A DNA stretch of 46,875 bases from a virus (Duplodnaviria; Heunggongvirae; Uroviricota; Caudoviricetes), in IMG/VR virus record IMGVR_UViG_3300033068_001916; one strand, 5' to 3'. A program made the translations under genes and the position numbers. Below are positions 1-9,719 of this stretch, piece by piece. Positions within the stretch are counted from its first letter, which is position 1; every line of letters starts with the position of its first letter. The notes under the pieces are model-generated. The model was given only the letters and a program-made list of their open reading frames with translations. It was not told where the DNA came from and did not search any database.

Positions 1-347
1 AATGGAATTCTATTTTTTCTCAATTCCACCATGAATCTAGAAACTACATCTTTAGCAATCGCTTTAGGTTTTGGATCGGCAGCTGGTTTATCTCTTCTTA
101 TAGGACTAGGTCTTTGAGGTGATTTCCCAGGGGAAGTTCCAGGTTTAATTGTAGGTGCTGGTTTTGAGGGAGCTTCTTGTCCTGAAGCTTTAGGTTTTGG
201 ATCGGCAGCTGGTTTATCTCTTCTTATAGGACTAGGTCTTTGAGGTGATTTCCCAGGGGAAGTTCCAGGTTTAATTGTAGGTGCTGGTTTACTTGGCGCC
301 TCCTGTGGACTACCCGCTAAAAACTCATCAATTTTTGTATAAATCAT
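1..347 (-). CDS. Pro/Lys-rich repeat protein, runs off the left window edge
   Basis: Not in the track. ATG at 347 (minus), open to the edge: MIYTKIDEFLAGSPQEAPSKPAPTIKPGTSPGKSPQRPSPIRRDKPAADPKPKA, module repeated, then IAKDVVSRFMVELRKNRIP. Confidence 0.8.
   Translation of the reverse strand, partial: MIYTKIDEFLAGSPQEAPSKPAPTIKPGTSPGKSPQRPSPIRRDKPAADPKPKASGQEAPSKPAPTIKPGTSPGKSPQRPSPIRRDKPAADPKPKAIAKDVVSRFMVELRKNRIP
61..290. repeat. Direct repeat, 104 bp identical, period 126 bp
   Basis: 61-164 is identical to 187-290 and encodes a 42-aa tandem module. Confidence 0.95.
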
Positions 348-369
348 AACTATTATTATTTTTATATGT

Positions 370-383
370 GGATATATATATCC
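370..383. promoter_or_regulatory. Palindromic GGATATATATATCC, putative bidirectional phage (late-type) promoter motif
   Basis: Perfect palindrome between divergent genes (347 minus, 405 plus). GGATATATA recurs at 25592, 29625-29633 (minus) and 45700. Confidence 0.55.
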
Positions 384-404
384 AAATCTAATATTATAAT
401 TATT

Positions 405-2060
405 ATGAAGAATCAAAGTTTTCGTACCTTTTTCGATATCGAACCTCTAATGGAAAATGTTCAGGATGCAAAATCCTATCTAATCAAGAGATATGCAGAA
501 AAAAACAACATTAAGGCATCAGATATAGATGATGAGACAAAAAAAGATATAACAAATAACCCTAAATTTCTAGAAATCAAGGATCTTATGGATAAAAATA
601 AGATGCCAGGTAATACCTATCCGTTTCTTATGTTTCGTATTGATCAGAATGCAACAATCGATCAGATTGAGGAGATTATCGAATTATTGAAAGATAATAA
701 AAATAATCTAAATTCTCTTCCGATGTCTATTATGGAATATGCAAAAATAGACAGAAAAAAGAAAAACGATAAAAATGAGGAGGGCGATGATTATAGACCA
801 GGATGGGAGATGCTTAGAGATGATCTATCAAATATCGAAAGAAAAAGAAAACTTAAGAATTTTATTGATAGATTAACACCTAGAATGAAAGAATATGTTA
901 CTAAAAAAGCAACAACAAAGCAGCTAGAAAAATTAGAGGAAATATCTAATCAATTAAAGCTTATGCCTAAGAGTGACGAAGGTAGAGAAGCATGGGATGC
1001 TTTTTTCTATCCGGATCTTGGTGTTGTTAATGAATTCGGTAAGGTTAAAGGTAGAATGGGATCTTATGACGATATAAGAACATATCCAGATTACAAGGAA
1101 CCAGCAAAAGCATTGGATGGTATAATATTTGACGCTGAGCAGTTTATTGAAAAATGGGGCGAGGACGAAGACGCTGTTATTGCTAAAATAAAAGCTCTTG
1201 GACCTCAAGCTGGTATTATTTATGCTAGAGATGGATTCTTAATTATGTCTGCAAGAACACCAGATGCACAGAGATTAGTTTGTTCTGAAACTGGATGGTG
1301 TATTAGAACCGATTCGACTTTCTGGAGCTATAGCTCTGGTAGGGTACAGATAAACGTTATTAATAACAATATCCCAACATCTGAAAGAAATAGCTTAGTT
1401 GGTATAACAGTAAATAAAAACGGAACAGTTCATACCGATGCAGATAGACCAAATGGAAGAATAAATGCACCAGGGGGAGGAAATTATACAGGTAAACCTG
1501 CTTCAGATCTACTTAGAAGAATCGGCGTACCTCAGGCTGGTATAGAAGCATTTGAGAGAGAATTCCCAGTAGAGGCTGATATAAAAATTGCTCTTGAGTT
1601 ATTCTTTAAAGATTCAAGTAAATTAACACCGCTTGATATAATAACATCTCTTCTAAAATTCAATAGAGGATTTTTAAGCGGAAGTATGTCAGAGGATCAT
1701 TGGGAAAAAATATCCGCTCTTGTATCACAGATAATCTCTGAATTGAAGGGATTAACATCTAAGGATTTCCTTAGAGCATTCCTTGGAGGCGAAAGAGCCG
1801 ATAGTATGGGAGGAATATTTAGTGAAGCAGCATGGAATATATTCGACAAACTTGTTAAGAATGATTATACTCCGGAGCAAATGAAAAAGCTATATTCTGA
1901 ATCATTATTGGGGTATGAAGCTATGGAAGAAATTATGCAGGATATAGAAGCTGGAGAATATCCACATATGAAGGAAAGCGATATTAAGGGCATGAAAAAT
2001 GCATTGGAATATAAAGATAAGTCATTGGCTAAATTTAAAAAATTAATCAAGGATGAATAA
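405..2060 (+). CDS. Hypothetical protein, possible virion-internal protein
   Basis: Track ORF 366..2060. ATG 405 preferred because it lies downstream of the GGATATATA motif. Contains a GWCI motif; no family recognised. Confidence 0.75.
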   Translation: MKNQSFRTFFDIEPLMENVQDAKSYLIKRYAEKNNIKASDIDDETKKDITNNPKFLEIKDLMDKNKMPGNTYPFLMFRIDQNATIDQIEEIIELLKDNKNNLNSLPMSIMEYAKIDRKKKNDKNEEGDDYRPGWEMLRDDLSNIERKRKLKNFIDRLTPRMKEYVTKKATTKQLEKLEEISNQLKLMPKSDEGREAWDAFFYPDLGVVNEFGKVKGRMGSYDDIRTYPDYKEPAKALDGIIFDAEQFIEKWGEDEDAVIAKIKALGPQAGIIYARDGFLIMSARTPDAQRLVCSETGWCIRTDSTFWSYSSGRVQINVINNNIPTSERNSLVGITVNKNGTVHTDADRPNGRINAPGGGNYTGKPASDLLRRIGVPQAGIEAFEREFPVEADIKIALELFFKDSSKLTPLDIITSLLKFNRGFLSGSMSEDHWEKISALVSQIISELKGLTSKDFLRAFLGGERADSMGGIFSEAAWNIFDKLVKNDYTPEQMKKLYSESLLGYEAMEEIMQDIEAGEYPHMKESDIKGMKNALEYKDKSLAKFKKLIKDE

Positions 2061-2102
2061 TAGATATTCTAAAATTACTGAACCAATAAAACACAAATAA
2101 AA

Positions 2103-3371
2103 ATGGAAAAAACACAAAAGGTAATAAGATTCGAGGAATATATTCTTGAGGCTAGAAAGAGATGGGATAATCTGAATGATAAAACCAGCGATATCTATAG
2201 AGCATTCGAAGAAAGCAACGAGGGTAAGGACCTAGCTTCTATTGGTGTTTATGTAGAGGAAAGAACTCCAAGTGTTCTTATATTCAAAAGAAGAGGTGGT
2301 CCAATGGCAACTGTTGAGGCATGGAAAGATGGAGATGGTAAATATTGCTATGAGTACACATCAAGTAAAAAGGGTGTTGAAAGATACAATCTTTCCAGAT
2401 TTGATACACCAACTGCATGTCTAAGAGGATTTCTTTTAAGAATCATAAGAAACAATATACCAGCCGCTATTATACCTAAAAAAGACATACCTAGTCTTAA
2501 CTTTAATGAGCTTGTTCCGATCGGGTCTCAAATGGCATTTCCTGAAATACTTTCTAGAATGAAAGGTGCGATAGGAGGAGAGGAATTAACAGACCTTGAT
2601 GCTAATGCAGTTCAGAAATTACCTATCATACAGAATCTTGAAGATATGGGAATGGTTGGTAGAAGAATTGATAACAGAGAAACTATTATTAAAAAAGTTG
2701 ATATCATTTCTCCTAAGTATAAATTCTATTCAAGAGCAGCATTTAGAGTTGGTGAGATATACGGTAAAACAATTGCCGGTATATTAAAAGTTAAATATGA
2801 CGATCTTAAAAAATCAAGTAAAGGTAAGGGACTATTATTTGATGATGGACAGGAAATATGGAGAGTTAATAACTCTAACCGTCTTCCTCTTAATAGTATT
2901 AATTATAGAACTGGTGACAATTCTGTTAAATGTAACATCCAAGACGAGGAAATATTTGGTTCTGTTTTTGTTTCTATATTCATTAGAACATTCAAGAGAG
3001 CTAAGGGAAGATATGAAAATGAAAAGTTAATAAATCCTAATTCTTATATATTAAGAAACGAGGGTCAGGAAACAATTGACGTTGCAACTGAGCTCAATGG
3101 ACTTTTATCTGATTACTTTACTGAGGCTGCAGGAAGATTGGAACCTACAATATTCATTAACCCTGAGGATGATGACAACAGACCTATAATGGATAATGCT
3201 AATGCATTATTAATTAAATATCTTATGAAACATGGATCGTCTGAGATAAGAGAGAGAATAATGAAAAATTCGGATCTTGATGAGCTTGTTTCGATTACTA
3301 CTAAACACGAGGATATTGACGATGCAACTAGAAAATTAATTAGAGTTTCTAGAGCTCTTAGATTCATTTAA
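2103..3371 (+). CDS. Hypothetical protein with capsid-targeting-like N-terminus
   Basis: 422 aa ORF; N-terminus KVIRFEEYILE; C-terminus RKLIRVSRALRFI. Confidence 0.75.
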   Translation: MEKTQKVIRFEEYILEARKRWDNLNDKTSDIYRAFEESNEGKDLASIGVYVEERTPSVLIFKRRGGPMATVEAWKDGDGKYCYEYTSSKKGVERYNLSRFDTPTACLRGFLLRIIRNNIPAAIIPKKDIPSLNFNELVPIGSQMAFPEILSRMKGAIGGEELTDLDANAVQKLPIIQNLEDMGMVGRRIDNRETIIKKVDIISPKYKFYSRAAFRVGEIYGKTIAGILKVKYDDLKKSSKGKGLLFDDGQEIWRVNNSNRLPLNSINYRTGDNSVKCNIQDEEIFGSVFVSIFIRTFKRAKGRYENEKLINPNSYILRNEGQETIDVATELNGLLSDYFTEAAGRLEPTIFINPEDDDNRPIMDNANALLIKYLMKHGSSEIRERIMKNSDLDELVSITTKHEDIDDATRKLIRVSRALRFI

Positions 3372-3616
3372 TGGAAGAGGTCAGCGAAAGAAAAAAACAG
3401 GATGTCTGTGAAGGATGCGGTAAACAGATAGCTGATCCTGAAAAAGAATGTCCAACATGCGGGACTTTTCCGCATAAGGCATATCACGAAAGAGCAGCAG
3501 CTAAAACACTAAATATTTCTAAGTGGGTTCAAAGCTCACCTGCCATGCAGCCAAATCAGAAATTAAGTGAAAATTTACCACCTCTGAGAAATATAATATC
3601 ATTTGATGATTTTTAA
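3371..3616 (+). CDS. Small zinc-ribbon protein
   Basis: CxxC...CxxC (CEGC, CPTC); start overlaps upstream stop. Confidence 0.65.
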   Translation: MEEVSERKKQDVCEGCGKQIADPEKECPTCGTFPHKAYHERAAAKTLNISKWVQSSPAMQPNQKLSENLPPLRNIISFDDF

Positions 3617-3647
3617 AAAAATTCCGGCACTGTCCGGAATTTTTTTT
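3615..3647. terminator. Intrinsic terminator, possibly bidirectional
   Basis: aaaaaaattccgg-cactgt-ccggaatttttttt. Confidence 0.8.
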
Positions 3648-3667
3648 GATATGTGAGTAGAATATTT

Positions 3668-4438
3668 ATGGAAAGAAAAAAAATAGGAATTGTAATATTA
3701 GCTACCAATTCGTACTTCGTACTTGGTATTAGATTTATAAAGAAATTCATTCATCACTATAAAGGTGATTGCGAGATTAAGTTCTACTTTTTCTCAGATA
3801 CGGATCCTTCCGATTATCTACAGGATTGTATAAATTTTGAGTATCACGAATCCAAACATAATAGCTGGGTTGATGCTACCAATGATAAATTTAGAAATAT
3901 AATCAATCTATCCGAATGCAGTAGTGATTATTTATATTATTTTGATGCTGATACCAGCGTATCCAAGGATTTTACTGAGGAATGGTTTATCGGCGATCTA
4001 GTAGGTGGTGAACATTATGGAAATAAAACGTGGCTAGCTAATGGAGTTGGATTTGATAGATTTGAATTGTCGAAGGCTTATGTTCCTTTGGATAGCACTT
4101 TACCGTATACCTATCATTATGGTGCATTCTTTGGCGGATTGAAGGGCAAGGTTGTTGATTTTTGTAAAACTCTTAGAGAATGGCAGATAGAGGATAAAAA
4201 AATACCATATGAACCTGGTGTTAATGATGAGAGCTACATAAATGCTTATTTTCATTTTAATCCTCCAACATATACAGTTTCATCTGAGAATTTCCAATTT
4301 GATATAAGCCATAAGGGAGGAATAGGTGAAACAAGAAACACAGATCTTGATATATCTAGGCTTAAATCGGAGATGCTTGGTTATAGAGACTTCACTTTCG
4401 ATATAATGGACAATGTAATAATACCGATCAACCGATGA
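3668..4438 (+). CDS. Glycosyltransferase family 6 (ABO-like)
   Basis: KIGIVILATNSY, YFDAD (DxD), YHYGAFFGG and NDESYINAYF match GT6 motifs. Confidence 0.8.
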   Translation: MERKKIGIVILATNSYFVLGIRFIKKFIHHYKGDCEIKFYFFSDTDPSDYLQDCINFEYHESKHNSWVDATNDKFRNIINLSECSSDYLYYFDADTSVSKDFTEEWFIGDLVGGEHYGNKTWLANGVGFDRFELSKAYVPLDSTLPYTYHYGAFFGGLKGKVVDFCKTLREWQIEDKKIPYEPGVNDESYINAYFHFNPPTYTVSSENFQFDISHKGGIGETRNTDLDISRLKSEMLGYRDFTFDIMDNVIIPINR

Positions 4439-5127
4439 TAAATTATCCAATAGTATTAACAAATATGAATAGACTTTCCACGTGTAAAAAAATGGTGGAG
4501 GATCTTTTTAAGCTTAATGGAAATAGCAGAATTAGTATAATAGATAATGCTTCGACATATCCGCCATTGCTCGATTGGTATCGTGAGATTGAAAGTGATG
4601 TTAATATTATAAGGAATCAAGTAAATGAAGGTCCATGGGCATTTTTCTATGGTGGAACTTTTTCTAGTATAGATGATGAAATATATGTATATTCTGATGC
4701 TGATCTTGAGCTGAATCCAAATATGCCATATAATTGGCAGGAGATAATGCTAGATTATATTAAAAAATATGACAGGAAAGCTTCTTTGGCTCTTAGAATA
4801 GACGATATACCAGATTCGTATGAATTTAAGGGAAATATACAGGATCATCAGAGTGTATGCTGGTATGACAGTGGTGAAGAGAATGTTTACAGAGCTATAA
4901 CCGATATGACATTCAGTATGGATATAAAATCAAAGGGTCATAGATATGATAGTGTTAGATTGGGTGGAGATTTTATGTGTAGACATATACCATGGTACAT
5001 AGATTTTAGTAATGTATCAGAAGAGGAAGAATATTATCTTAAAAATATAAATAGAGGGTACGATCAAGCAATGTATACATCTCTCCATTATGATAAATTA
5101 GTGCAAATTACCAATAAGTTAAAATAA
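4435..5127 (+). CDS. GT-A fold (family 2-like) glycosyltransferase
   Basis: IIDNASTYPPLLDWY and YVYSDAD (DxD) motifs. Confidence 0.7.
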   Translation: MINYPIVLTNMNRLSTCKKMVEDLFKLNGNSRISIIDNASTYPPLLDWYREIESDVNIIRNQVNEGPWAFFYGGTFSSIDDEIYVYSDADLELNPNMPYNWQEIMLDYIKKYDRKASLALRIDDIPDSYEFKGNIQDHQSVCWYDSGEENVYRAITDMTFSMDIKSKGHRYDSVRLGGDFMCRHIPWYIDFSNVSEEEEYYLKNINRGYDQAMYTSLHYDKLVQITNKLK

Positions 5128-5149
5128 ATTTCTTTTTATTTTTTTAATC

Positions 5150-5170
5150 CGCAATATTTTTTTATCTTTG
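5150..5170 (+). promoter_or_regulatory. Bacteroidota-type promoter (CG-N11-TAnnTTTG)
   Basis: TATCTTTG at 5163-5170, CG at 5150. Confidence 0.7.
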
Positions 5171-5174
5171 CAAT

Positions 5175-5459
5175 ATGAGGAAATCAAGAACAATCATCCA
5201 CGTAAATCAACATAACATAAAAGCCAATTCGAAGGGTGAAAATAGACCCGTTCTAACTTGTAAGACCAGTAAGGGAAACAAATATTCGAATGATGTAGTT
5301 ATATTGGGACAGGATGGGAAGGAAGCTGCAAGGGTGATATATTCACCAAATAATCCATTAGCGTGTGGTGCCAAAGTTTGGATAGAAACATTTAACGACG
5401 TCCAAATTAACAGCCCTATCGATGTAAAAGAAGCAACAAAAACGATTTGTAAGATATAG
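5175..5459 (+). CDS. Hypothetical phage protein
   Basis: 94 aa ORF directly after the promoter. Confidence 0.7.
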   Translation: MRKSRTIIHVNQHNIKANSKGENRPVLTCKTSKGNKYSNDVVILGQDGKEAARVIYSPNNPLACGAKVWIETFNDVQINSPIDVKEATKTICKI

Positions 5460-5461
5460 AG

Positions 5462-5860
5462 ATGGCAAGAAAAAAATCAAGTGCACACGTTGTAGTATTA
5501 AACAATAAGGGTCAGGTTCTTTGTGTTAGCAGAAAGGATGATCATAATGATTTCGGATTACCCGGCGGAAAAATCGAAAAAAGTGATCTCAACAATAAGG
5601 CAGCAGCTATAAGGGAAACACTAGAGGAAACCGGCATAATTGTAAAAGAAGCAAAATTGATATACGCTGAACATAGAAAGGGATCTATGGGTTATACATA
5701 TCTAGCAACCGAATGGTATGGTGATATTGGAACGGAAGAACCCCATGTTGTTAAGTGGGGAGAGTTTACAGATCTCATATCTGGAACATACGGTGAATGG
5801 AATCTTAAGGTTTTCAAGTCATTATCAGATTATAAAAAAACTAAAAATGGAAACAACTAA
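5462..5860 (+). CDS. NUDIX hydrolase
   Basis: LPGGKIEKSDLNNKAAAIRETLEETG, a slightly variant Nudix box. Confidence 0.8.
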   Translation: MARKKSSAHVVVLNNKGQVLCVSRKDDHNDFGLPGGKIEKSDLNNKAAAIRETLEETGIIVKEAKLIYAEHRKGSMGYTYLATEWYGDIGTEEPHVVKWGEFTDLISGTYGEWNLKVFKSLSDYKKTKNGNN

Positions 5861-6239
5861 AGGATACGTAGCAAGAAAAGATAATAATTGGATATTCAGA
5901 TGGGTGTATCTAATAGAGGATGGTGATTCTGTTCATATGAAGGAAGTACCGCTATCCCCCGAATATATTCATTCTGTTAATGATGGTGAAAGAGTTGAGG
6001 TTTATTTAGTGGAGGACGATCGCGGGGAACCAAAAATTGCAAGACTTGTACCAAGATCGCCATATGATCTACCATATTCTACAGATTTCCCAGATCTATG
6101 GGTTAAGAATGTTGAGGATGGATCTGTTCACGAGGTATTTAAGTATATAAAAAATATGGAAGGTGAGATTCATATATGGTGCACTACATGGTACGGACAC
6201 CATATAATTGGGAGAGATTGTATATTTACTAAAAAATAA
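5847..6239 (+). CDS. Hypothetical protein
   Basis: Track ORF 5718..6239; ATG 5847 (METTKG) avoids the long overlap with the NUDIX gene. Confidence 0.65.
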   Translation: METTKGYVARKDNNWIFRWVYLIEDGDSVHMKEVPLSPEYIHSVNDGERVEVYLVEDDRGEPKIARLVPRSPYDLPYSTDFPDLWVKNVEDGSVHEVFKYIKNMEGEIHIWCTTWYGHHIIGRDCIFTKK

Positions 6240-6248
6240 AATAAAAAT

Positions 6249-6872
6249 ATGAGAATGCCGATGAATAATTTTGATCAAATAAGAGATCTGCTGGATTTTT
6301 CTATCCCCGGTACCTTTTATTTTCTTCAAATACTAAAAAGACGTAAGGATAATCCGGATCTCGGGAAGGATATGATACACATAGCTGACTATTATATAGA
6401 CAGCTTAGTTAAATATGATGACCTGAAACCAATGATAATCAGACAATGCGAAGCAGAGAATGCTAGAGCATACTTCAGACTTAATCGTAGAGATGAAAAA
6501 CGTGTCGCTAGCGAGGCTTTAAAGCTTATGGTTGAATATGTGTTGTCTGAAAATTATAAGCCGGCTAGGAGCGTCTATGCATCATGTGCGGGTAAGTATC
6601 CGTCGGAAAAAAATAAGACATGGATAGTTGATTTGGATTGGGACGGAATACCACAAGGATTCACTAAAGAGATTTATATAGATTCCGTTATTTTTTCAAT
6701 TGAGTCGATAACCAAATCATACAAACCCGATGTTATCCAGAATATAACAAAGATACAAACTATGAATGGTATGCATCTTATAGTTAGTCCATTCAGACTG
6801 GATGAATTCGAAAAGCATTGGCCAAAAATAGACGTACATAAGGATAATCCAACTTGTTTATATCAACCTTAA
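6249..6872 (+). CDS. Hypothetical protein with AEP primase-polymerase-like motifs
   Basis: WIVDLD (DxD) and TMNGMH motifs; family assignment tentative. Confidence 0.45.
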   Translation: MRMPMNNFDQIRDLLDFSIPGTFYFLQILKRRKDNPDLGKDMIHIADYYIDSLVKYDDLKPMIIRQCEAENARAYFRLNRRDEKRVASEALKLMVEYVLSENYKPARSVYASCAGKYPSEKNKTWIVDLDWDGIPQGFTKEIYIDSVIFSIESITKSYKPDVIQNITKIQTMNGMHLIVSPFRLDEFEKHWPKIDVHKDNPTCLYQP

Positions 6873-6883
6873 AAACAAACAAT

Positions 6884-7312
6884 ATGAAAAAATTAGTGAG
6901 TATCGAACCGATTGCAGTAAAGGATAAAAATGATGTTGTTAGTGCATTAAGAATTCTTGAAAAATTAGGAATTCATAGAATGACGGAGGAGCAAAAGGAA
7001 AATTACCTTGCCGATGAAAATAGAACCGTTGATAACAACTTCATGATGCAGGAGGAAGATGGTGGATTTAGAATACAATCACATTATATAGGATTTGGAA
7101 TTTCGATAGAAAGTCTAGAAAAACAAGTTAACGATATACTCGAAAAGTATCCTAATATTTGCGAGAAACTTGTTGAAATAGAAAACAAGAGAGCTGAACT
7201 TGAAGAGGAGGTTGAGAATAAAAGAAAGCAACTAGAGAAAGAGATAAGAGACATCGAAATTGAAATAGATGATCTTGAGGAGTCCAATTCTATCATAGAA
7301 TTAAAGGAATAA
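6884..7312 (+). CDS. Hypothetical protein with C-terminal coiled coil
   Basis: Track ORF 6854..7312; ATG 6884 preferred; E/K-rich heptads. Confidence 0.65.
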   Translation: MKKLVSIEPIAVKDKNDVVSALRILEKLGIHRMTEEQKENYLADENRTVDNNFMMQEEDGGFRIQSHYIGFGISIESLEKQVNDILEKYPNICEKLVEIENKRAELEEEVENKRKQLEKEIRDIEIEIDDLEESNSIIELKE

Positions 7313-7332
7313 TAGCTGAAAGTAATATAAAA

Positions 7333-7683
7333 ATGAGGGACCCAAATTTTAAAATAGGACAGATTGTTTATCATCGGGATATTTACGATCACAGAGAACC
7401 TCTAAAAATAGTAGGTATAAGAGAGACTGAATTAGAATTGGAAGGTGATTATTCAGGAGGAACCCACGGGGTTAGACAGAAACAATGGATGCCGATAAAA
7501 GGTGTCTCAAGAATTAGAGATCATAAGTACAAGAAGGAATGCAGAGACTTTGCAGTTGGAGTTGATGAATTAGCAAAACCTATTACTGACAGAAATCAGG
7601 ACAATATGACAAAAACTATGTTTGATTTGCTTGACATGGTTTTTAAACTTACTAATGACGTTTCACTTAATCCTGAGTCCTAA
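7333..7683 (+). CDS. Hypothetical protein
   Basis: 116 aa ORF in the operon. Confidence 0.65.
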   Translation: MRDPNFKIGQIVYHRDIYDHREPLKIVGIRETELELEGDYSGGTHGVRQKQWMPIKGVSRIRDHKYKKECRDFAVGVDELAKPITDRNQDNMTKTMFDLLDMVFKLTNDVSLNPES

Positions 7684-7685
7684 TT

Positions 7686-7901
7686 GTGGATTTAAAACTA
7701 TTTTTTACATTAGAAATAAACGAATGGAGAAGGAGATGGGAATTTATACCTAATGATGATGTAAGTTCAATTTGTTATTCAGTCAGTTTTAGTGATGCAG
7801 AGAATGAGGATTCTGCCTGGGTAATACTAGATCGGGCTGTTAGAAAAAGTTCCTCGTTCCACTTCAAAAAATTTTATTTTATAGATATACTTAAAGAATG
7901 A
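7686..7901 (+). CDS. Hypothetical protein, last gene before the array
   Basis: 71 aa ORF, GTG start; resembles cassette ORF 11076..11261. Confidence 0.55.
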   Translation: MDLKLFFTLEINEWRRRWEFIPNDDVSSICYSVSFSDAENEDSAWVILDRAVRKSSSFHFKKFYFIDILKE

Positions 7902-7923
7902 CCACAAAACTTAAAATTAATAA

Positions 7924-7961
7924 AAACTTTATGTGGTATTTCACATATACCTTGTTATAAA
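7924..7961 (+). repeat. Half attC-like site H0 (right arm only)
   Basis: 37/38 nt identical to the right arm of H5 (9768-9805); no left arm upstream. Confidence 0.8.
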
Positions 7962-7972
7962 CTGTAAAAATT

Positions 7973-8176
7973 ATGAAATTAATAAAAAATATAGTAAAAA
8001 CTGATTTTATAACTTCTACAAATATACTTTTACTAAAAGGTCAGGAAGTTAGAACTATTTACACTCCTGATTCTGTTCACGGGGATAGATTTATAGATAT
8101 TTGGAGGTGCATTGATGGTTCGTATTGTGGTGGCTTAAATCCAAGATTAGAAGCTGATTATTTAGAAGAAATTTAA
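7973..8176 (+). CDS. Cassette ORF C1, hypothetical
   Basis: 67 aa, between GTTA 7954 and TAAC 8208. Confidence 0.65.
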   Translation: MKLIKNIVKTDFITSTNILLLKGQEVRTIYTPDSVHGDRFIDIWRCIDGSYCGGLNPRLEADYLEEI

Positions 8177-8207
8177 TATTAAACGCATTTTTGGATAAAC
8201 TTTTACA

Positions 8208-8336
8208 TAACGTTCGAGTGCTTTACGTCCGTTGTGGCTAAATAAGCACTAAACTTTCCTGTTATCACGAAATTAAACTGATGCAAAACAATAATTAAAT
8301 CAATCACAATGTAGCAATAGCGTGTAATTGCTGTTA
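8208..8336 (+). repeat. attC-like site H1 (129 bp, chimeric)
   Basis: Left 85 nt are 81/85 identical to H12, but the right arm differs and does not pair with the left arm. Confidence 0.75.
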
Positions 8337-8348
8337 TAAGTAGCTTTT

Positions 8349-8630
8349 ATGATTAGAAAATATAAAATAATAGCAGAAGTAGAAATAGATATTCAAAAGA
8401 TTTTTAAAGACAATATAAAAGATTATATAGAAGATGATAGTATTTCAGATGAAGCGTATGCAACTCAATCTATCTATGGCGTAATACGAGATGGATGTAC
8501 TGAACAAGTAAAGGATAGATGTGAGTGGATGTTTAAAGACTGTTACGACCAGATAAAGCACCATAAGGAAGTAGATGTTTTAATTGGTAAAGAAATACTA
8601 AAAAGTCTAAAGATAAACGTTATCGAGTAA
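8349..8630 (+). CDS. Cassette ORF C2, hypothetical
   Basis: Flanked by gttataagtaGct and agTtacttataac. Confidence 0.7.
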   Translation: MIRKYKIIAEVEIDIQKIFKDNIKDYIEDDSISDEAYATQSIYGVIRDGCTEQVKDRCEWMFKDCYDQIKHHKEVDVLIGKEILKSLKINVIE

Positions 8631-8639
8631 AGTTACTTA

Positions 8640-8767
8640 TAACGTTTCCACAGCTTTGCGAGGTTGCGACCTAAAAACTTAAAATTTACAAACACAAAAT
8701 ACACTTAAAATGAGCAAAAATATTTCAAATACAGACCAAACCAAGCAATCTTGCAAAATTGGTGTTA
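8640..8767 (+). repeat. attC-like site H2 (128 bp)
   Basis: tttgcgaggttgc pairs with gcaatcttgcaaa; contains ATG 8710. Confidence 0.8.
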
Positions 8768-8964
8768 GTGGCAGTCTTTCTAAACGTGAAAAGCTATCAC
8801 TTTTATCAGCCGATATTTTTGCAAGGAGAAAAGATTATAATTTTCATTTAACAAGTGAATTGTGTGCCGTTATTTGGCTTTTGGGTAAAGGAACTAAAAA
8901 CGAATATGATTGTAAGGAAATTATAAATTCTGTTTATTCACAGTTCTTTCAAGATTGCCACTAA
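8710..8964 (+). CDS. Cassette ORF C3 with hairpin-encoded leader
   Basis: Starts inside H2, reads through GTT as Val (KIG-VSGS), stops at the TAA of TAAC. Confidence 0.7.
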   Translation: MSKNISNTDQTKQSCKIGVSGSLSKREKLSLLSADIFARRKDYNFHLTSELCAVIWLLGKGTKNEYDCKEIINSVYSQFFQDCH

Positions 8965-9259
8965 CGGTTGCAAATAAAAATATGTAAAATTAACGGATAT
9001 GGAAGATAAACTAAAAAAACATTTGAATTTTTGTAAAAAGTATCCAGAAACAATAGTAGGATATGAACAAGGTATAAATGTTTCATATTATTTGATGGAA
9101 GGGAACACACCACAAGTGGATTATTTCAAGGTTGGTGATTTAGTTAAAATGTATAATGAAAATCCAAATGTTTTTTCTGAATATAAAAACTTAAAAGATG
9201 ATTGGAACGATTTAATAACCACTGAAGGTAGTTAATTTTATTGTTTTTATTTGTTGTTA
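8962..9259 (+). repeat. attC-like site H3 (298 bp) with an ORF in its loop
   Basis: Left arm caaataaaaatatgtaaaattaac pairs with right arm gttaattttattgtttttatttg. Confidence 0.75.
8999..9235 (+). CDS. ORF inside the loop of H3, hypothetical
   Basis: 78 aa; the stop TAA is supplied by the right arm. Confidence 0.65.
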   Translation: MEDKLKKHLNFCKKYPETIVGYEQGINVSYYLMEGNTPQVDYFKVGDLVKMYNENPNVFSEYKNLKDDWNDLITTEGS

Positions 9260-9284
9260 TGTTCTCGTTTTAATGGAACATAAC
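9256..9284 (+). other. Empty 29-bp inter-site segment C4
   Basis: gttatgttc-tcgttttaatg-gaacataac. Confidence 0.8.
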
Positions 9285-9407
9285 GTTGAAGCATAACTGT
9301 AGTTTAGGATAAGTAAGCCTAATCTATCGAAGTTAAAAACCAAGTTCACAAGTACAAAAACAATTATAAATCAAGCCTGATACCTAAATTACTGTTATGC
9401 AGTGTTA
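9281..9407 (+). repeat. attC-like site H4 (127 bp)
   Basis: gcataactgtagtttagg pairs with cctaaattactgttatgc. Confidence 0.8.
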
Positions 9408-9434
9408 GGGTTAGGTTTTTTAAACATTTACATT

Positions 9435-9719
9435 ATGAAAAGCGAGGAATATAGAATTGTATTAAACAATGTGTTTGAAACAAAAGAAATTGGAAAAGAA
9501 TATTTTGACAGAATTTTATTGGATTTTGCAATGGCATACCATAAAGAGCAATTAGGTATACTTAATGAAAACACTTTTAATAAAGAAAAGTTTGGCGAAT
9601 TAGCTATTATTTTTTTAAATGATTTGCAAAATAAAGAGATTAATTGTAAACATAATTTAGATATAAACGGAGAATGTTTAAATAATTTCTACCAATGGCT
9701 GTGTAAAAATTACAGCTAA
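9435..9719 (+). CDS. Cassette ORF C5, hypothetical
   Basis: ATG 9435; stops at the TAA of TAAC; segment ends only partly complementary. Confidence 0.65.
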   Translation: MKSEEYRIVLNNVFETKEIGKEYFDRILLDFAMAYHKEQLGILNENTFNKEKFGELAIIFLNDLQNKEINCKHNLDINGECLNNFYQWLCKNYS

